Below the pieces are notes generated by a model. That model did no database searches, was not told where the DNA came from, and saw only the letters and a list, made by a program, of their open reading frames with translations. Below are positions 19,400 to 29,411 of a stretch of 64,000 bases of DNA, one piece after another. The translations under genes and the position numbers were made by a program. The stretch's first letter is position 1. The number at the start of each line of letters is the position of its first letter. The DNA comes from Candidatus Latescibacterota bacterium (GTDB lineage: Bacteria > Latescibacterota > UBA2968): contig JAYODI010000013.1 of assembly GCA_038279365.1 (NCBI GenBank), forward strand, positions 1-64,000, given 5' to 3'.

Positions 19400-19705
19400 A
19401 TGCCTACAGGAATCAGTCAAACCGCCGTTAACCCAGCTGCATTGACCCCACGCCCAGCAACGCCTCCGCGTGAACCGTCAACACCAACGGCAACAAGCAC
19501 AGAAAATGCCCAAGCGACTTTGGCCACAGGCAGTCAAGATGTGGTTCGGGCACCAGAACCAGCAGCCGGTAGCCAGGGTGCTGAAAACAATACCAATGCA
19601 AATGCTGGCCAAAACGGGCAAGCCGCATCTGCTGGTAACCAACCCGTAAGGTTGGAACAAGAAGTCAACCGTGGTTTGGGCGGAAACGTCGATATCACGG
19701 CCTAA
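19400..19705 (+). CDS. Hypothetical low-complexity protein with a C-terminal GLGGNVDITA motif (YjfB/motility-protein-like terminus)
   Basis: RBS AAGGA; P/T/A/N/Q-rich body; terminal G-x-x-[VI]-D-[IL]-x-A. Confidence 0.7.
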   Translation: MPTGISQTAVNPAALTPRPATPPREPSTPTATSTENAQATLATGSQDVVRAPEPAAGSQGAENNTNANAGQNGQAASAGNQPVRLEQEVNRGLGGNVDITA

Positions 19706-19826
19706 GAAAACCTCGCGGAATCTGCCACAATCCTACGCGGACGGGTTATGATCAGAGGGTTTTCTAAATTGTATGACTCAGCTCGTATCGTCGATAAAAG
19801 TGTTCACGTTTGGTTAGGATAGAACC

Positions 19827-20870
19827 ATGCCGATCTTTACCTCGCGGTTTTCTTCCGAGCGATCGCTGGTGGGCAGTATTGCAACCAGTCGCATCCAGGA
19901 AAGCAAAGATGCCGAATCTAAAGACAAAAACCGCCGAACAGACAGTGCAAACTCACGTACTTCTCAAAAGGCAACAACAGATCGTTTAGAAATCACCAAC
20001 AATCAGCAAGACGCATTTGCTGCCTTGTTTCGATCTTCTGAAAAAACTGTTGATGCACGTGCAGATAAAAGTGCGGCCGACGCACAAGTTGCCCGACAAC
20101 TTACTCTGCGCAAAGCCTCACAAGAAACCGTGGTTGCACGCTCCAACCTCAGTTCTTCTCCACAAGAACTTCCAATTGGTGTCTCTGCAAGTAATAACAC
20201 GCAGAGCGCATCCATCGCGCAACAAACCACAATTACAAAAGAAAATTTTAGTGCCTTACAAAGCGCTTTAACCAACCGTCTGGACACATTGGTTAAACAG
20301 CTCAACAATGTACGTGCTCAGCAATCTGTAAGGGCCAATGCCAAAGAGAACACCACGGCCGCACAAAATGCCACGCCGGAATCTTTGGATGCGCTGACCC
20401 AAAGTGTCGCACAACCGACACCATCAACGCCAACCTCAATCAGGGACGATGAGGTGGCCGTTGACCCCACCGCGCGACTGGAAGCACGCATTGAAAAACT
20501 GCGTGACAAAAAAGTGGAATTGGCTTCCGCATTTGTACCGCCCGCACCGCCGGAAGCAGAAGAACAAAAGGCAGAACTGCGCACCAATTTGCAGGCCATT
20601 TCTACGGGATTGCAAAACGATGCCGCCATAGAAAAACAACGCAATGCTTCAGAAACACAACGCAATGCAGATGTTGTCGCAAAACGCGAACAACGCCAAA
20701 CCATTCGAGAAAACCAATCTGAAATTTCCAATTTGCAAGTCAGTCGACGACAACTGGATCAGGAAGCACAACGCACCGATCAAGCCATTCGTCAACTACA
20801 AAATGAAACAGCGCGCTTAAAAAATGGTGCAACGTCGTCAGGGACAGCACTCAACATTTTGGCGCAGTAG
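19827..20870 (+). CDS. Hypothetical coiled-coil, low-complexity protein (FlxA-like C-terminus)
   Basis: 347 aa with RBS AGGA; S/T/A/Q-rich with heptad segments; ends GTALNILAQ. Confidence 0.8.
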   Translation: MPIFTSRFSSERSLVGSIATSRIQESKDAESKDKNRRTDSANSRTSQKATTDRLEITNNQQDAFAALFRSSEKTVDARADKSAADAQVARQLTLRKASQETVVARSNLSSSPQELPIGVSASNNTQSASIAQQTTITKENFSALQSALTNRLDTLVKQLNNVRAQQSVRANAKENTTAAQNATPESLDALTQSVAQPTPSTPTSIRDDEVAVDPTARLEARIEKLRDKKVELASAFVPPAPPEAEEQKAELRTNLQAISTGLQNDAAIEKQRNASETQRNADVVAKREQRQTIRENQSEISNLQVSRRQLDQEAQRTDQAIRQLQNETARLKNGATSSGTALNILAQ

Positions 20871-20974
20871 TAAATAGGTTCTGAAGCCTACCTATTCCAA
20901 GTGGCTTCAGATGATGTGACATCGGAGTGGCGCATCATCACTTGTACCACTCGCCCAGTGGTGCCGATTGGTCA

Positions 20975-21008
20975 GCCCCTCTTCCCTATCATTGGGAAGG
21001 GGGGTTTT
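20975..21008 (+). terminator. Intrinsic terminator, last of four consecutive hairpins
   Basis: CCCCTCTTCCC/GGGAAGGGGGG stem followed by TTTT. Confidence 0.7.
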
Positions 21009-21070
21009 CGGTTTGTATCTTAACTCTTTCTACTCAAAACAGCTGATATCTTATCTGGACGTCTTATCAC

Positions 21071-21099
21071 TTGCCTTGTTTTTTTTCATATGCTATATT
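21071..21099 (+). promoter_or_regulatory. Sigma70-type promoter of the ArsR gene
   Basis: TTGCCT-N17-TATATT with TG extension. Confidence 0.6.
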
Positions 21100-21143
21100 C
21101 GGGCACATTTGATATTTCAGTTATAATTTTAGAGGAACAAACT

Positions 21144-21431
21144 GTGCAAACACTTGCCGACAGTTTAAAGGTGCTTGCAGATCCAGCTCGTCTGCGCATC
21201 TTAAAAGAGCTCACTGGCCCTAAAAAAGAAAAATCTTGTTGTGTGCGAGACTTAGCCAATCGACTACAAATTTCTCAACCCAATGTTTCCCACCACCTCA
21301 AAGTACTCAAAAATGCAGGATTTATTGCCTGTGAAAAATCAGAGAAAAATGATCAACGCTTTGCCTATTACTCTGTCAACCTCGACCAAATTGAAACTTT
21401 GTTTCACGACGTTCGCCAAAACATATCGTAA
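21144..21431 (+). CDS. ArsR/SmtB family transcriptional regulator
   Basis: LADPARLRIL, CCVRDLA, SQPNVSHHLKVLK. GTG start after GAGGA. Confidence 0.92.
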   Translation: MQTLADSLKVLADPARLRILKELTGPKKEKSCCVRDLANRLQISQPNVSHHLKVLKNAGFIACEKSEKNDQRFAYYSVNLDQIETLFHDVRQNIS

Positions 21432-21495
21432 CCCCCACACAAGGCCCCTTCCCCAACAAACTTTTTGACCCACATCCAATCTTATTCGCCCTTAT

Positions 21496-23178
21496 TTGGT
21501 TCTTGGTGACATGTTTACATCCATCCAACAAAGATATACTTTTGCGTTTTTATGTATCCTTTATCTATCGACGCCCATTATGTCACAAAAACAACACCCC
21601 ATTCGCACCCAAACCATTCAGCAAGCAGAAGCCCTTATTGGCCTGAATTTTACCCCCGCAGAACGTGACTCTTTATTGGATGAAGCAAAAGAGCACCTTA
21701 AAAGCTTCGAAACACTCAGAGCCCAAGCCTTACCGAATGCCATACCACCGGCATTGCATTTTCATCCCATCCCCGTGGGTTTTCAATTTTCACCCCACCA
21801 AAACCCCATTTCATTTGGCCCACCAGCTCATACAGATGTGCCTGCAAACGAAGCAGAACTTGCATTTTATTCGGTACGCGACTTAGGCGAACTCATTCGC
21901 ACCAAAAAAATGACCGCCACACAACTGACCCAGCTTTACCTGAAGCGCCTTAAAACATATGGTCCCGAGTTGGAATGTGTCATTACCCTTACCGAAGAAC
22001 TCGCCCTTGCACAGGCCAAACGCGCAGATGAAGAAATTGCTGCGGGTAAATACCGTGGGCCTCTTCACGGCATACCATATGGCGCCAAAGACCTCCTTGC
22101 CACAAAAGGGTATAAAACCACTTGGGGCGCAACCCCCTACAAAGAGCAAATCATTGACCAAGATGCCACCGTGATTCAGAAATTAGAAACAGCAGGGGCC
22201 ATCTTGGTTGCCAAACTCACCTTAGGGGCTTTGGCCTGGGGCGATGTTTGGTATGGTGGCACCACGCGCAACCCACACGACCTCAAACAAGGGTCAAGCG
22301 GTTCATCTGCAGGTTCTGCATCTGCCACATCAGCAGGCTTGGTTGCCTTTGCCATTGGCAGTGAAACCTGGGGCTCAATTGTCTCTCCAGCAACCCGATG
22401 TGGCGTTACGGGATTGCGCCCCACATTTGGACGTGTCAGTCGTACGGGTGCTATGACATTGAGCTGGTCCATGGACAAACTGGGCCCCATTTGCCGAACG
22501 GTAGAAGATGCCGCCATTGTCTTTGATGCGCTTCGTGGTGGCGATGGCATAGATCAAACCGTTGTAGACGCACCTTTTAATTACACCCCTCAAATCGATA
22601 TCAAATCTCTGCGTATCGGCTATGTCCAATCACTGTTTGAAGACAAAGAAAAAACCACCCAAACAGACCTTGCCACATTAGACGCCATAAAAAATTTGGG
22701 TGTCAAACCCATTCCTACAACATTGCCAGATGCCCCAATAGAAGCACTTTCTTTTATTTTATCAGCAGAAGCCGCCGCCGCATTTGATGACCTAACACGA
22801 ACCAATCGCGATGACCTTTTGACCCGACAAATTAAAAATGCGTGGCCCAATGTTTTTCGGGCAGCACGGTTTATTCCAGCCGTCGAATACATACAAGCCA
22901 ACCGATTGCGCTACCAACTGATACAAGACATGCAACAGATTATGCAAGACATTGACGTTTATATTGTGCCATCTTTTGGCGGAAACAATTTGTTATTAAC
23001 CAACCTCACTGGCCATCCGTGTGTTACACTGCCCAACGGCTTTGATGAAACAGGGCACCCCTTAAGCATCAGCTTTATTGGACGTCTCTTTGATGAAGCC
23101 ACACTGCTTGCAGTGGCACACCAATACCAAGTGGCCACCACTTTTCACTTGCAACACCCTGTGCGATATCGCAAATGA
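21496..23178 (+). CDS. Amidase-signature family protein
   Basis: GPLHGIPYGAKD, GSSGSSAGS, GSETWGSI. True start is probably downstream. Confidence 0.92.
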   Translation: MVLGDMFTSIQQRYTFAFLCILYLSTPIMSQKQHPIRTQTIQQAEALIGLNFTPAERDSLLDEAKEHLKSFETLRAQALPNAIPPALHFHPIPVGFQFSPHQNPISFGPPAHTDVPANEAELAFYSVRDLGELIRTKKMTATQLTQLYLKRLKTYGPELECVITLTEELALAQAKRADEEIAAGKYRGPLHGIPYGAKDLLATKGYKTTWGATPYKEQIIDQDATVIQKLETAGAILVAKLTLGALAWGDVWYGGTTRNPHDLKQGSSGSSAGSASATSAGLVAFAIGSETWGSIVSPATRCGVTGLRPTFGRVSRTGAMTLSWSMDKLGPICRTVEDAAIVFDALRGGDGIDQTVVDAPFNYTPQIDIKSLRIGYVQSLFEDKEKTTQTDLATLDAIKNLGVKPIPTTLPDAPIEALSFILSAEAAAAFDDLTRTNRDDLLTRQIKNAWPNVFRAARFIPAVEYIQANRLRYQLIQDMQQIMQDIDVYIVPSFGGNNLLLTNLTGHPCVTLPNGFDETGHPLSISFIGRLFDEATLLAVAHQYQVATTFHLQHPVRYRK

Positions 23179-23660
23179 AAGTCACTACCCTCCTGCTTCT
23201 GGTTCAAGGTGATCCCATTTCAAAAGTGTTATTGGGATTTAAAAAAGTAGGGTTTGGTAAGGGAAAGTTTACGGGCATTGGTGGAAAAGTTGAAGCAGGT
23301 GAAACCATTGAATCGGCAACGGTTCGGGAAATGCGCGAGGAAACCAGTGTTGTTGTTGCCGAAAAACACCTCCAATTAGCAGGACATATCACCTTCTACT
23401 TTCCCTCAAAACCCAAATGGGACCTCACCATTCATATTTTTTTGGCCAAACACTGGCAAGGAACGCCCACCGAAAGCCTTGAAATTAAACCCCAATGGTT
23501 TCACCCAAAAGAACTCCCCTACAATGCCATGTGGGCCGATGCTTCCTATTGGTATCACAGGGTGCTCAATGGCGAAAGAATTGAAGCCACCTTTACATTT
23601 AATTCTGACAATGAAACGATCAACACGTTTCGGTTTCACAATGACGAGGCGATTTCTTAA
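23175..23660 (+). CDS. NUDIX hydrolase, 8-oxo-dGTPase (MTH1-like)
   Basis: KKVGFGKG..TGIGGKVEAGET....REMREET, MWAD. Confidence 0.88.
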   Translation: MKVTTLLLLVQGDPISKVLLGFKKVGFGKGKFTGIGGKVEAGETIESATVREMREETSVVVAEKHLQLAGHITFYFPSKPKWDLTIHIFLAKHWQGTPTESLEIKPQWFHPKELPYNAMWADASYWYHRVLNGERIEATFTFNSDNETINTFRFHNDEAIS

Positions 23661-23753
23661 GGCTTATCACACAATCAGCAGGAACCGCGTACAATCCACC
23701 TTGTTATCTCTCTCAAATGATGTGATTGTTGTAGAATATTTTCAGAAACTGGG

Positions 23754-23782
23754 TTGACTTTAGGCGTATAACTGCCGATAAT
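23754..23782 (+). promoter_or_regulatory. Sigma70-type promoter upstream of the sigma factor gene
   Basis: TTGACT-N17-GATAAT; a second TTGACA lies at 23824. Confidence 0.5.
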
Positions 23783-23902
23783 TTTCAATGTGCTTTCTTT
23801 AGGGTGTCGTCAAATATTTAAACTTGACAACACAGATAAAAACACTATATACAGATTTTAAGAAAATCTAATACGTGGTGTTAGTTCTCTCCGAAGAACG
23901 AG

Positions 23903-24778
23903 GTGATTGGATTGGCAAGACTAACGGCATCATCTAATGACGCAAAAGATGCGTTGCATCGCTACCTTGAAGATGTGGCTTCATCACAGCCATTGTCATC
24001 AAAAGAAGAAGTGGCCCTTGCACAGCGCATCAAAAAAGGAGACCTCAAAGCACGTGCAACACTCGTGGAGGCCAATCTGCGATTTGTCATTACCGTTGCG
24101 CGCGATTACCAAAACCAAGGCGTTCCATTGGTAGATCTGATCAGTTCTGGCAACTTGGGGCTTATCACCGCTGCCGAACGCTTTGACGAAACCAAAGGCT
24201 TCAAGTTTATCTCCTATGCCGTGTGGTGGATTCGCCAATCTATTTTACAAACCCTGGCCGAACATTCGCGCATTGTGCGCCTTCCCCTTAATCGAGTGGA
24301 TCTTTTACGGCGCATTTCTCGCTACACCAACACCCGCCAACAAGAAACCACCATTCGCCCACAAGAAGAAGAAATTGCCGACGAATTGGGGCTTACCGTC
24401 GAACAGGTGATGGACACCCTTGCAAGTGGGCAACGCATTTTATCGTTGGATGCCACATTGGGTGAAGGCGAAGACAACAGCCTTTTGGAAATTATGCCCG
24501 ATGCCACACAAGAATCGCCAGATACAATGGCGATGCGAAATTCCTTGGAGCACGAAATTGAATCGGCACTGGAAACATTAGACGAACGTGAACAACAAGT
24601 CATTCGCCTGTATTTTGGAATTGGTGGCAACCGAGAGTTGACACTCGAAGAAATTGGCTCACAGTTTCGCCTCACCCGAGAGCGTGTTCGCCAAATCAAA
24701 GAAAAAGCCCTGCGCAAACTTCGGCATCCTACACGGGGAAGAAAATTGATGCCGTATGCAGAGGAAGAAGGTGCTTAA
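23903..24778 (+). CDS. RNA polymerase sigma factor, RpoD/SigA family (short, lacks region 1.1)
   Basis: ANLRFV, GFKFISYAVWWIRQ, TLEEIG, TRERVRQI. Start may be TTG 23912. Confidence 0.95.
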   Translation: MIGLARLTASSNDAKDALHRYLEDVASSQPLSSKEEVALAQRIKKGDLKARATLVEANLRFVITVARDYQNQGVPLVDLISSGNLGLITAAERFDETKGFKFISYAVWWIRQSILQTLAEHSRIVRLPLNRVDLLRRISRYTNTRQQETTIRPQEEEIADELGLTVEQVMDTLASGQRILSLDATLGEGEDNSLLEIMPDATQESPDTMAMRNSLEHEIESALETLDEREQQVIRLYFGIGGNRELTLEEIGSQFRLTRERVRQIKEKALRKLRHPTRGRKLMPYAEEEGA

Positions 24779-24797
24779 GGTTTCTTGTTTATAAAAT

Positions 24798-24832
24798 AAA
24801 AAGGCGTGTGATCACAAATCACACGCCTTTTT
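24798..24832. terminator. Bidirectional intrinsic terminator
   Basis: AAAAAGGCGTGTGAT/ATCACACGCCTTTTT between convergent genes. Confidence 0.88.
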
Positions 24833-24917
24833 TGTCTTCTGCAAGACACCTTCTTTAGCCCTCCCCTTGGGGCCCATTCAAGTTTTTGGGTGCCCTCTTG
24901 TTCAAATTTCATATCGC

Positions 24918-26288
24918 TCAGTGCGGTAATTGATCAACCAAGTCTTTGAATGTATTTCCGCGCGCTTCGAAGTTTAAAAACTGGTCATAGCTTGCTGATG
25001 CAGGTGAGAGCAATACCGTTTGGTGGGGGGTTGCCAAACGGTGGGCCAAAGAAACAGCTGAAGGCAAATCTTTCACAAAGTGAATGTGTGTGTTTGCTGT
25101 TTTGGGAACCACGTTTGCAATGACTTGGGCCGTTTGCCCCATCACAATCAGATGCGCCACTTTATTTGCAATGGCCTGCGCCAAACCATCATATGGAATT
25201 TTTTTGTCGTATCCGCCAGCAATCAATATACAGGCACGATCCATAGCGCTTAATGCAACAAGGGTGCGATCGGGGCTTGTGGCAATGGAATCGTTCACGT
25301 AAGTAACATCATTGATCACGGCCACGCGTTCTAAACGATGAGGAACACCCGTGAATGACCGAAGCACCGACACAATATCCTCATTGGGCACACCACACAC
25401 AAGAGCCACACCAACCGCAGCCAATGCGTTGGCCAAATTGTGACGGCCTGGCAATTGTACCCCATCTACATGACAAATGGTGCCAACCGCATCCCCTTTT
25501 TTATACATCACCTTATCATCACAAACAAATACACCCTTACTACACGCGCCAGATACGCTAAACGGAAGATGCAGTCCATCACCTTGCCATAGACTTACAT
25601 CGCCATCATCCGCATTTACAATGGCCCAGTCGCTTGCCATTTGATGAGCAAGTATGTTTTGCTTGGCACACCGATAGGCGTCTAATGAACCATGAATATC
25701 AATGTGATTGGGTGCAAAGTTGGTCACCACACCAATGTGTGGGCTCCAAGATAAATCGCCCAAACGATCCAACTGAAAACTGGACAACTCCAATATCACA
25801 GGTGTATCAGGTGAAATATGTTCCACATCGTCCAATAACGACCGACCTATATTCCCGCCCACCAACGTGCGTGGATCAACGCGTTTGAGCATCTCACCAA
25901 TCAAGGTGGTCGTTGTGGTTTTGCCACTGCTGCCTGTCACGCCAATGATTTTGGCAGGGCAATATGTGACAAACAAACAAATCTCTGTTGTAATGGGAAC
26001 GCCTGCTTTTTCTGCCGCCAATAAAAAAGGCGACGACCGGGGCACTGCTGGATTGGCCACCACCAAATCTGATTGGATAAAATCGCTTTCATCATGGCCA
26101 CCCAATTTCCATGTAACAGGCAAACCTTTCAAAGCATGTAATGAAGATGCCAATGCATCTTCAGAACGCAAATCCGTTACCGTTACACGTGCTCCTTGAC
26201 GCACCAAAAAACGTGTGGCCCCCACCCCACCACCAAACAAACCCAGCCCCATCACCAACACCCGTTTGCCCCTCAAATCGTGCCTCAT
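24918..26288 (-). CDS. murD: UDP-N-acetylmuramoyl-L-alanine--D-glutamate ligase
   Basis: GVTGSSGKTTT, GGNIG, ELSSFQL, HRLE, NDSIAT, LSPASASYDQF..FEARG. Confidence 0.96.
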   Translation of the reverse strand: MRHDLRGKRVLVMGLGLFGGGVGATRFLVRQGARVTVTDLRSEDALASSLHALKGLPVTWKLGGHDESDFIQSDLVVANPAVPRSSPFLLAAEKAGVPITTEICLFVTYCPAKIIGVTGSSGKTTTTTLIGEMLKRVDPRTLVGGNIGRSLLDDVEHISPDTPVILELSSFQLDRLGDLSWSPHIGVVTNFAPNHIDIHGSLDAYRCAKQNILAHQMASDWAIVNADDGDVSLWQGDGLHLPFSVSGACSKGVFVCDDKVMYKKGDAVGTICHVDGVQLPGRHNLANALAAVGVALVCGVPNEDIVSVLRSFTGVPHRLERVAVINDVTYVNDSIATSPDRTLVALSAMDRACILIAGGYDKKIPYDGLAQAIANKVAHLIVMGQTAQVIANVVPKTANTHIHFVKDLPSAVSLAHRLATPHQTVLLSPASASYDQFLNFEARGNTFKDLVDQLPH

Positions 26289-26315
26289 AACACCCTTTCA
26301 CCTTTGCTAAATACT

Positions 26316-27323
26316 TTATGCCCCCACATCGCGCCCGTCTAAAATAAAAGTCAACACTTCGGCAGTGGTCAAAAGATCCAAGGCATTGTGATGCAAAATA
26401 TCGCGCATTTGTACGGCATTGCCCGACTGCACAAACCGGTGATAGGCATCGGGAATATCTGCTCCTGGAATATCACCACGTCGAACCCGTTTACAAATGT
26501 ATTGTTCCAATGTTTGCAACTTACAATTGGGCAACCGCTTGCGCCACCGACGCCGACCAACATGCAACATGTCTATATGCGCTTGTTTGAGCTGAAAGGG
26601 AATGCCCATAAACAAAGACCTGTCGCGAATATAAGGCAGGTCATATGTTTTGCCATTAAAACTCACCACCACATCGGATGCACTGAGCATATTGGCAAAA
26701 TAAGACAACAAAGCGGCTTCTTCTGTATAGTCTCTTGCCAACAATTGTTGTACACGCAACTCCCCCTTCCAATAGCCCAACACACCGATCAAAAACAGGG
26801 GGGTGCCTGCCGTTAGTCCCGTGGCCTCAATATCGACATATATCACATCTTCGGGTTTGGCATCAATAAGCGCATCAAATGTGTTGTGTGGATCGGATGG
26901 CACATTGGCCAAATTGACACCATTGATCACCTTTACATAATGCGCCCGAAAGCCGTCGCCACTACCTGGCAACAACTCATCTATAGACAGATCAATTATA
27001 AAAAACTGTCCGGCCTCCGTTTGAATTTCGGCCCCTTGAGCCACTTCATCCAAACGCAGTCTCAAACGTGCATCGGCCGCTGTGGCCATTACACGTAAAT
27101 CTTTGGGCAACGGCAAAGGGGCTTGTGGAGCAGAAGGCTTTGACACTCGTCGTGATGTGGGCTTGGTTGCTTGTGCTGGCACCTCTGTTCTTTCGGGTAC
27201 CTCACCCACTTCAATATCGTCTTCATGTTTTAAATCACGCCGATTCAGCGCCGCAATGCGCTTGCGCATGTCTTCAGAAAGCATCACCATCTCCGCTACA
27301 TAAAATATCAACGCATAAGACAA
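26316..27323 (-). CDS. RNase H-like (YprB-type) exonuclease domain protein
   Basis: DIEATG, SFNGKTYD, HIDML, HNALD. True start is probably around 27287. Confidence 0.85.
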   Translation of the reverse strand: MSYALIFYVAEMVMLSEDMRKRIAALNRRDLKHEDDIEVGEVPERTEVPAQATKPTSRRVSKPSAPQAPLPLPKDLRVMATAADARLRLRLDEVAQGAEIQTEAGQFFIIDLSIDELLPGSGDGFRAHYVKVINGVNLANVPSDPHNTFDALIDAKPEDVIYVDIEATGLTAGTPLFLIGVLGYWKGELRVQQLLARDYTEEAALLSYFANMLSASDVVVSFNGKTYDLPYIRDRSLFMGIPFQLKQAHIDMLHVGRRRWRKRLPNCKLQTLEQYICKRVRRGDIPGADIPDAYHRFVQSGNAVQMRDILHHNALDLLTTAEVLTFILDGRDVGA

Positions 27324-27341
27324 AACATAACTGAATATACA

Positions 27342-29411
27342 TTGAGGAACACAAGCCCGTCAAGGCATAGGATCAGGTCAAATAATACTGGCATAAAACG
27401 ACAGATTTCATTATGTTGGCGCGTCACTTTTAAAGACCCATTGCGAAAGAACACATACTTGTTAAATAAAAATGTCATCACCTTCTTTCAACGCGTGTCA
27501 CTTTGCTTGACGGTTATCTATGGCTTGGGTTGCTTGCCATCAGACCCAACAAATCAACCCGACCAGAAACAGGCCCAAGAAAAATCTGCAACAGAAACAC
27601 CCCATCACGCACCCGTACCCCAAACCATTGACCCACAAATATTATTAAATCGAAACTTTGGCGAAGCACCATTATTAACAGAACAAGCCAATAAGGGCAA
27701 CATTCTTCAAGTCGCCCAGCGCTTACCAGAAAACCCCCTTGTGGTGGTGCCTCTTGAAGCCATTGGTCAATATGGTGGTGCCATTCAGCGCGGTTTAACG
27801 GGCGATATTGCTCAGTGGCCAGGTATTGCAAAATGTATGGCAGAAAACCTATTGGCATTTAAACGGCCAATGGGAGATGGCATTGAACCCAATCTGGCAG
27901 AACATTATGAATTTCAAGATGATGGCAGAATCGCCATCCTGCATTTTAGAAAAGGCGTTCGTTGGTCAGATGGGCACCCCTTTACGGTAGATGATGTCCT
28001 TTTTTATTACAATGACATGCTCTTTAATGAGAATGCCCGCTCAAGTGATATCCCAACCCCACCACCGGCTTGGCTGGCAGATGGCAAACCCATTCTACTC
28101 GAAAAAATAGACGATTATACCCTGCGCATTCGCTCAACCAAACCCTTGGGCCGGTTGCGCGAAACATTGGCCTCTCCAAGTGATTTTGCTGCACCCAAAC
28201 ATTATTGGAAACAGTTTCACCCCAAGTATACACCTGGTGCAGATTATGGCGAATTTCGCCAAAACACCACACGCGCCAAAATGCTGATGACACCTGGCAT
28301 TCCCCGTTTGTCGGCGTGGGTTGCCAAAGATTGGATACGCGGTCAACGTATCGTTTATGAACGAAACCCTTATTATTGGAAAATAGACACGGCAGGCAAC
28401 CAACTGCCCTATGCCGATCAAATCGTATTTAGTGTTATTGCAGACACACAAGTGATCTTGCTCAAATTTATGAATGGCGAAATTGACCTTTTTGGACGCT
28501 ATTCCGATGTGAACATGTTTCACTCGCTCAAGTTAGAAGAGAAAAAAGGCGCTTTCAAAATTGTCATTTCTGGCCCCAATTCTGGCCCATCGTTTTATCT
28601 CAACTGGGATGTTGAAAAACCCGCACTCAGAGAAGCCTTTCGAAACAAAAATGTGCGCATTGCCCTCTCCCATGCCATCAACCGTGAAGAGGTCAACCAA
28701 ATTCTTTACAAAGGTTTCCTCGAACCATCGGGCTATTCGTTTTTGCCAGGCAATCCTTATTTCTCACAAGAAAACTATCAAAAATACACCGAATACGATC
28801 CCGTTTTGGCCAACCGTCTATTAGACGAAGAAGGATACAGAGACACCGACGGAGATGGCATACGCGAGCTCAAAGATGGCTCACCCTTTCAAGTGATCAT
28901 CGACGTTTCTGGCCGATCTTCCATTTCGGATATTTGTGAACTCGTTACAGATCATTGGGCAAAAATAGGCATCAAAGTACATACCTATGTGGCTATGCGA
29001 GACATCATTTGGCCACGCCGTTTTAATGGTGAATTTGAAATTCATCAATGGGGGCTCGAAGGGCCAGGTGATCCATTAGACAGACTGGACGATTGGGCCA
29101 TCACGGGCGCCAACACTCCCTTTTGGCACCGAAACGCATCGAAGGAAACACAACCGTGGTTCCAAGAAGCCACAGACCTCATGATCAAAGCAACAACCAC
29201 CGTTGACACGGCCCTTGTACGCACCTATATGGAACGGGCCAGTAGCTTGCATTCAGATAATGTGCCCGTTATCACCATTGGTTCAATCTATCGCATTTGG
29301 GGCAAAAGCACGCGCTTGGGCAATGTGCCTGATGACATCAGTTTTTTAAGTGTTCACGGCGCATGGGGCCGCCCCATATTTCACGAACAAATTTTTGTTA
29401 AGCGCAAATAA
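27342..29411 (+). CDS. ABC transporter substrate-binding lipoprotein (family 5), paralog 1
   Basis: Lipobox LGC, RLPENP, GVRWSDGHPFT, ERNPYYWKID..GNQLPY. Start likely around 27459. Confidence 0.9.
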   Translation: MRNTSPSRHRIRSNNTGIKRQISLCWRVTFKDPLRKNTYLLNKNVITFFQRVSLCLTVIYGLGCLPSDPTNQPDQKQAQEKSATETPHHAPVPQTIDPQILLNRNFGEAPLLTEQANKGNILQVAQRLPENPLVVVPLEAIGQYGGAIQRGLTGDIAQWPGIAKCMAENLLAFKRPMGDGIEPNLAEHYEFQDDGRIAILHFRKGVRWSDGHPFTVDDVLFYYNDMLFNENARSSDIPTPPPAWLADGKPILLEKIDDYTLRIRSTKPLGRLRETLASPSDFAAPKHYWKQFHPKYTPGADYGEFRQNTTRAKMLMTPGIPRLSAWVAKDWIRGQRIVYERNPYYWKIDTAGNQLPYADQIVFSVIADTQVILLKFMNGEIDLFGRYSDVNMFHSLKLEEKKGAFKIVISGPNSGPSFYLNWDVEKPALREAFRNKNVRIALSHAINREEVNQILYKGFLEPSGYSFLPGNPYFSQENYQKYTEYDPVLANRLLDEEGYRDTDGDGIRELKDGSPFQVIIDVSGRSSISDICELVTDHWAKIGIKVHTYVAMRDIIWPRRFNGEFEIHQWGLEGPGDPLDRLDDWAITGANTPFWHRNASKETQPWFQEATDLMIKATTTVDTALVRTYMERASSLHSDNVPVITIGSIYRIWGKSTRLGNVPDDISFLSVHGAWGRPIFHEQIFVKRK

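Noticed and set aside
19765-19797. Third sigma28 promoter before the 19827 gene
   Set aside because: GTCGATAA is present but the nearest TAAA is 21 nt away instead of 15-16.
23774-23781. GCCGATAA as a sigma28 -10 element for the sigma factor gene
   Set aside because: The matching -35 position reads TTGA; it is better explained as sigma70 TTGACT-N17-GATAAT.
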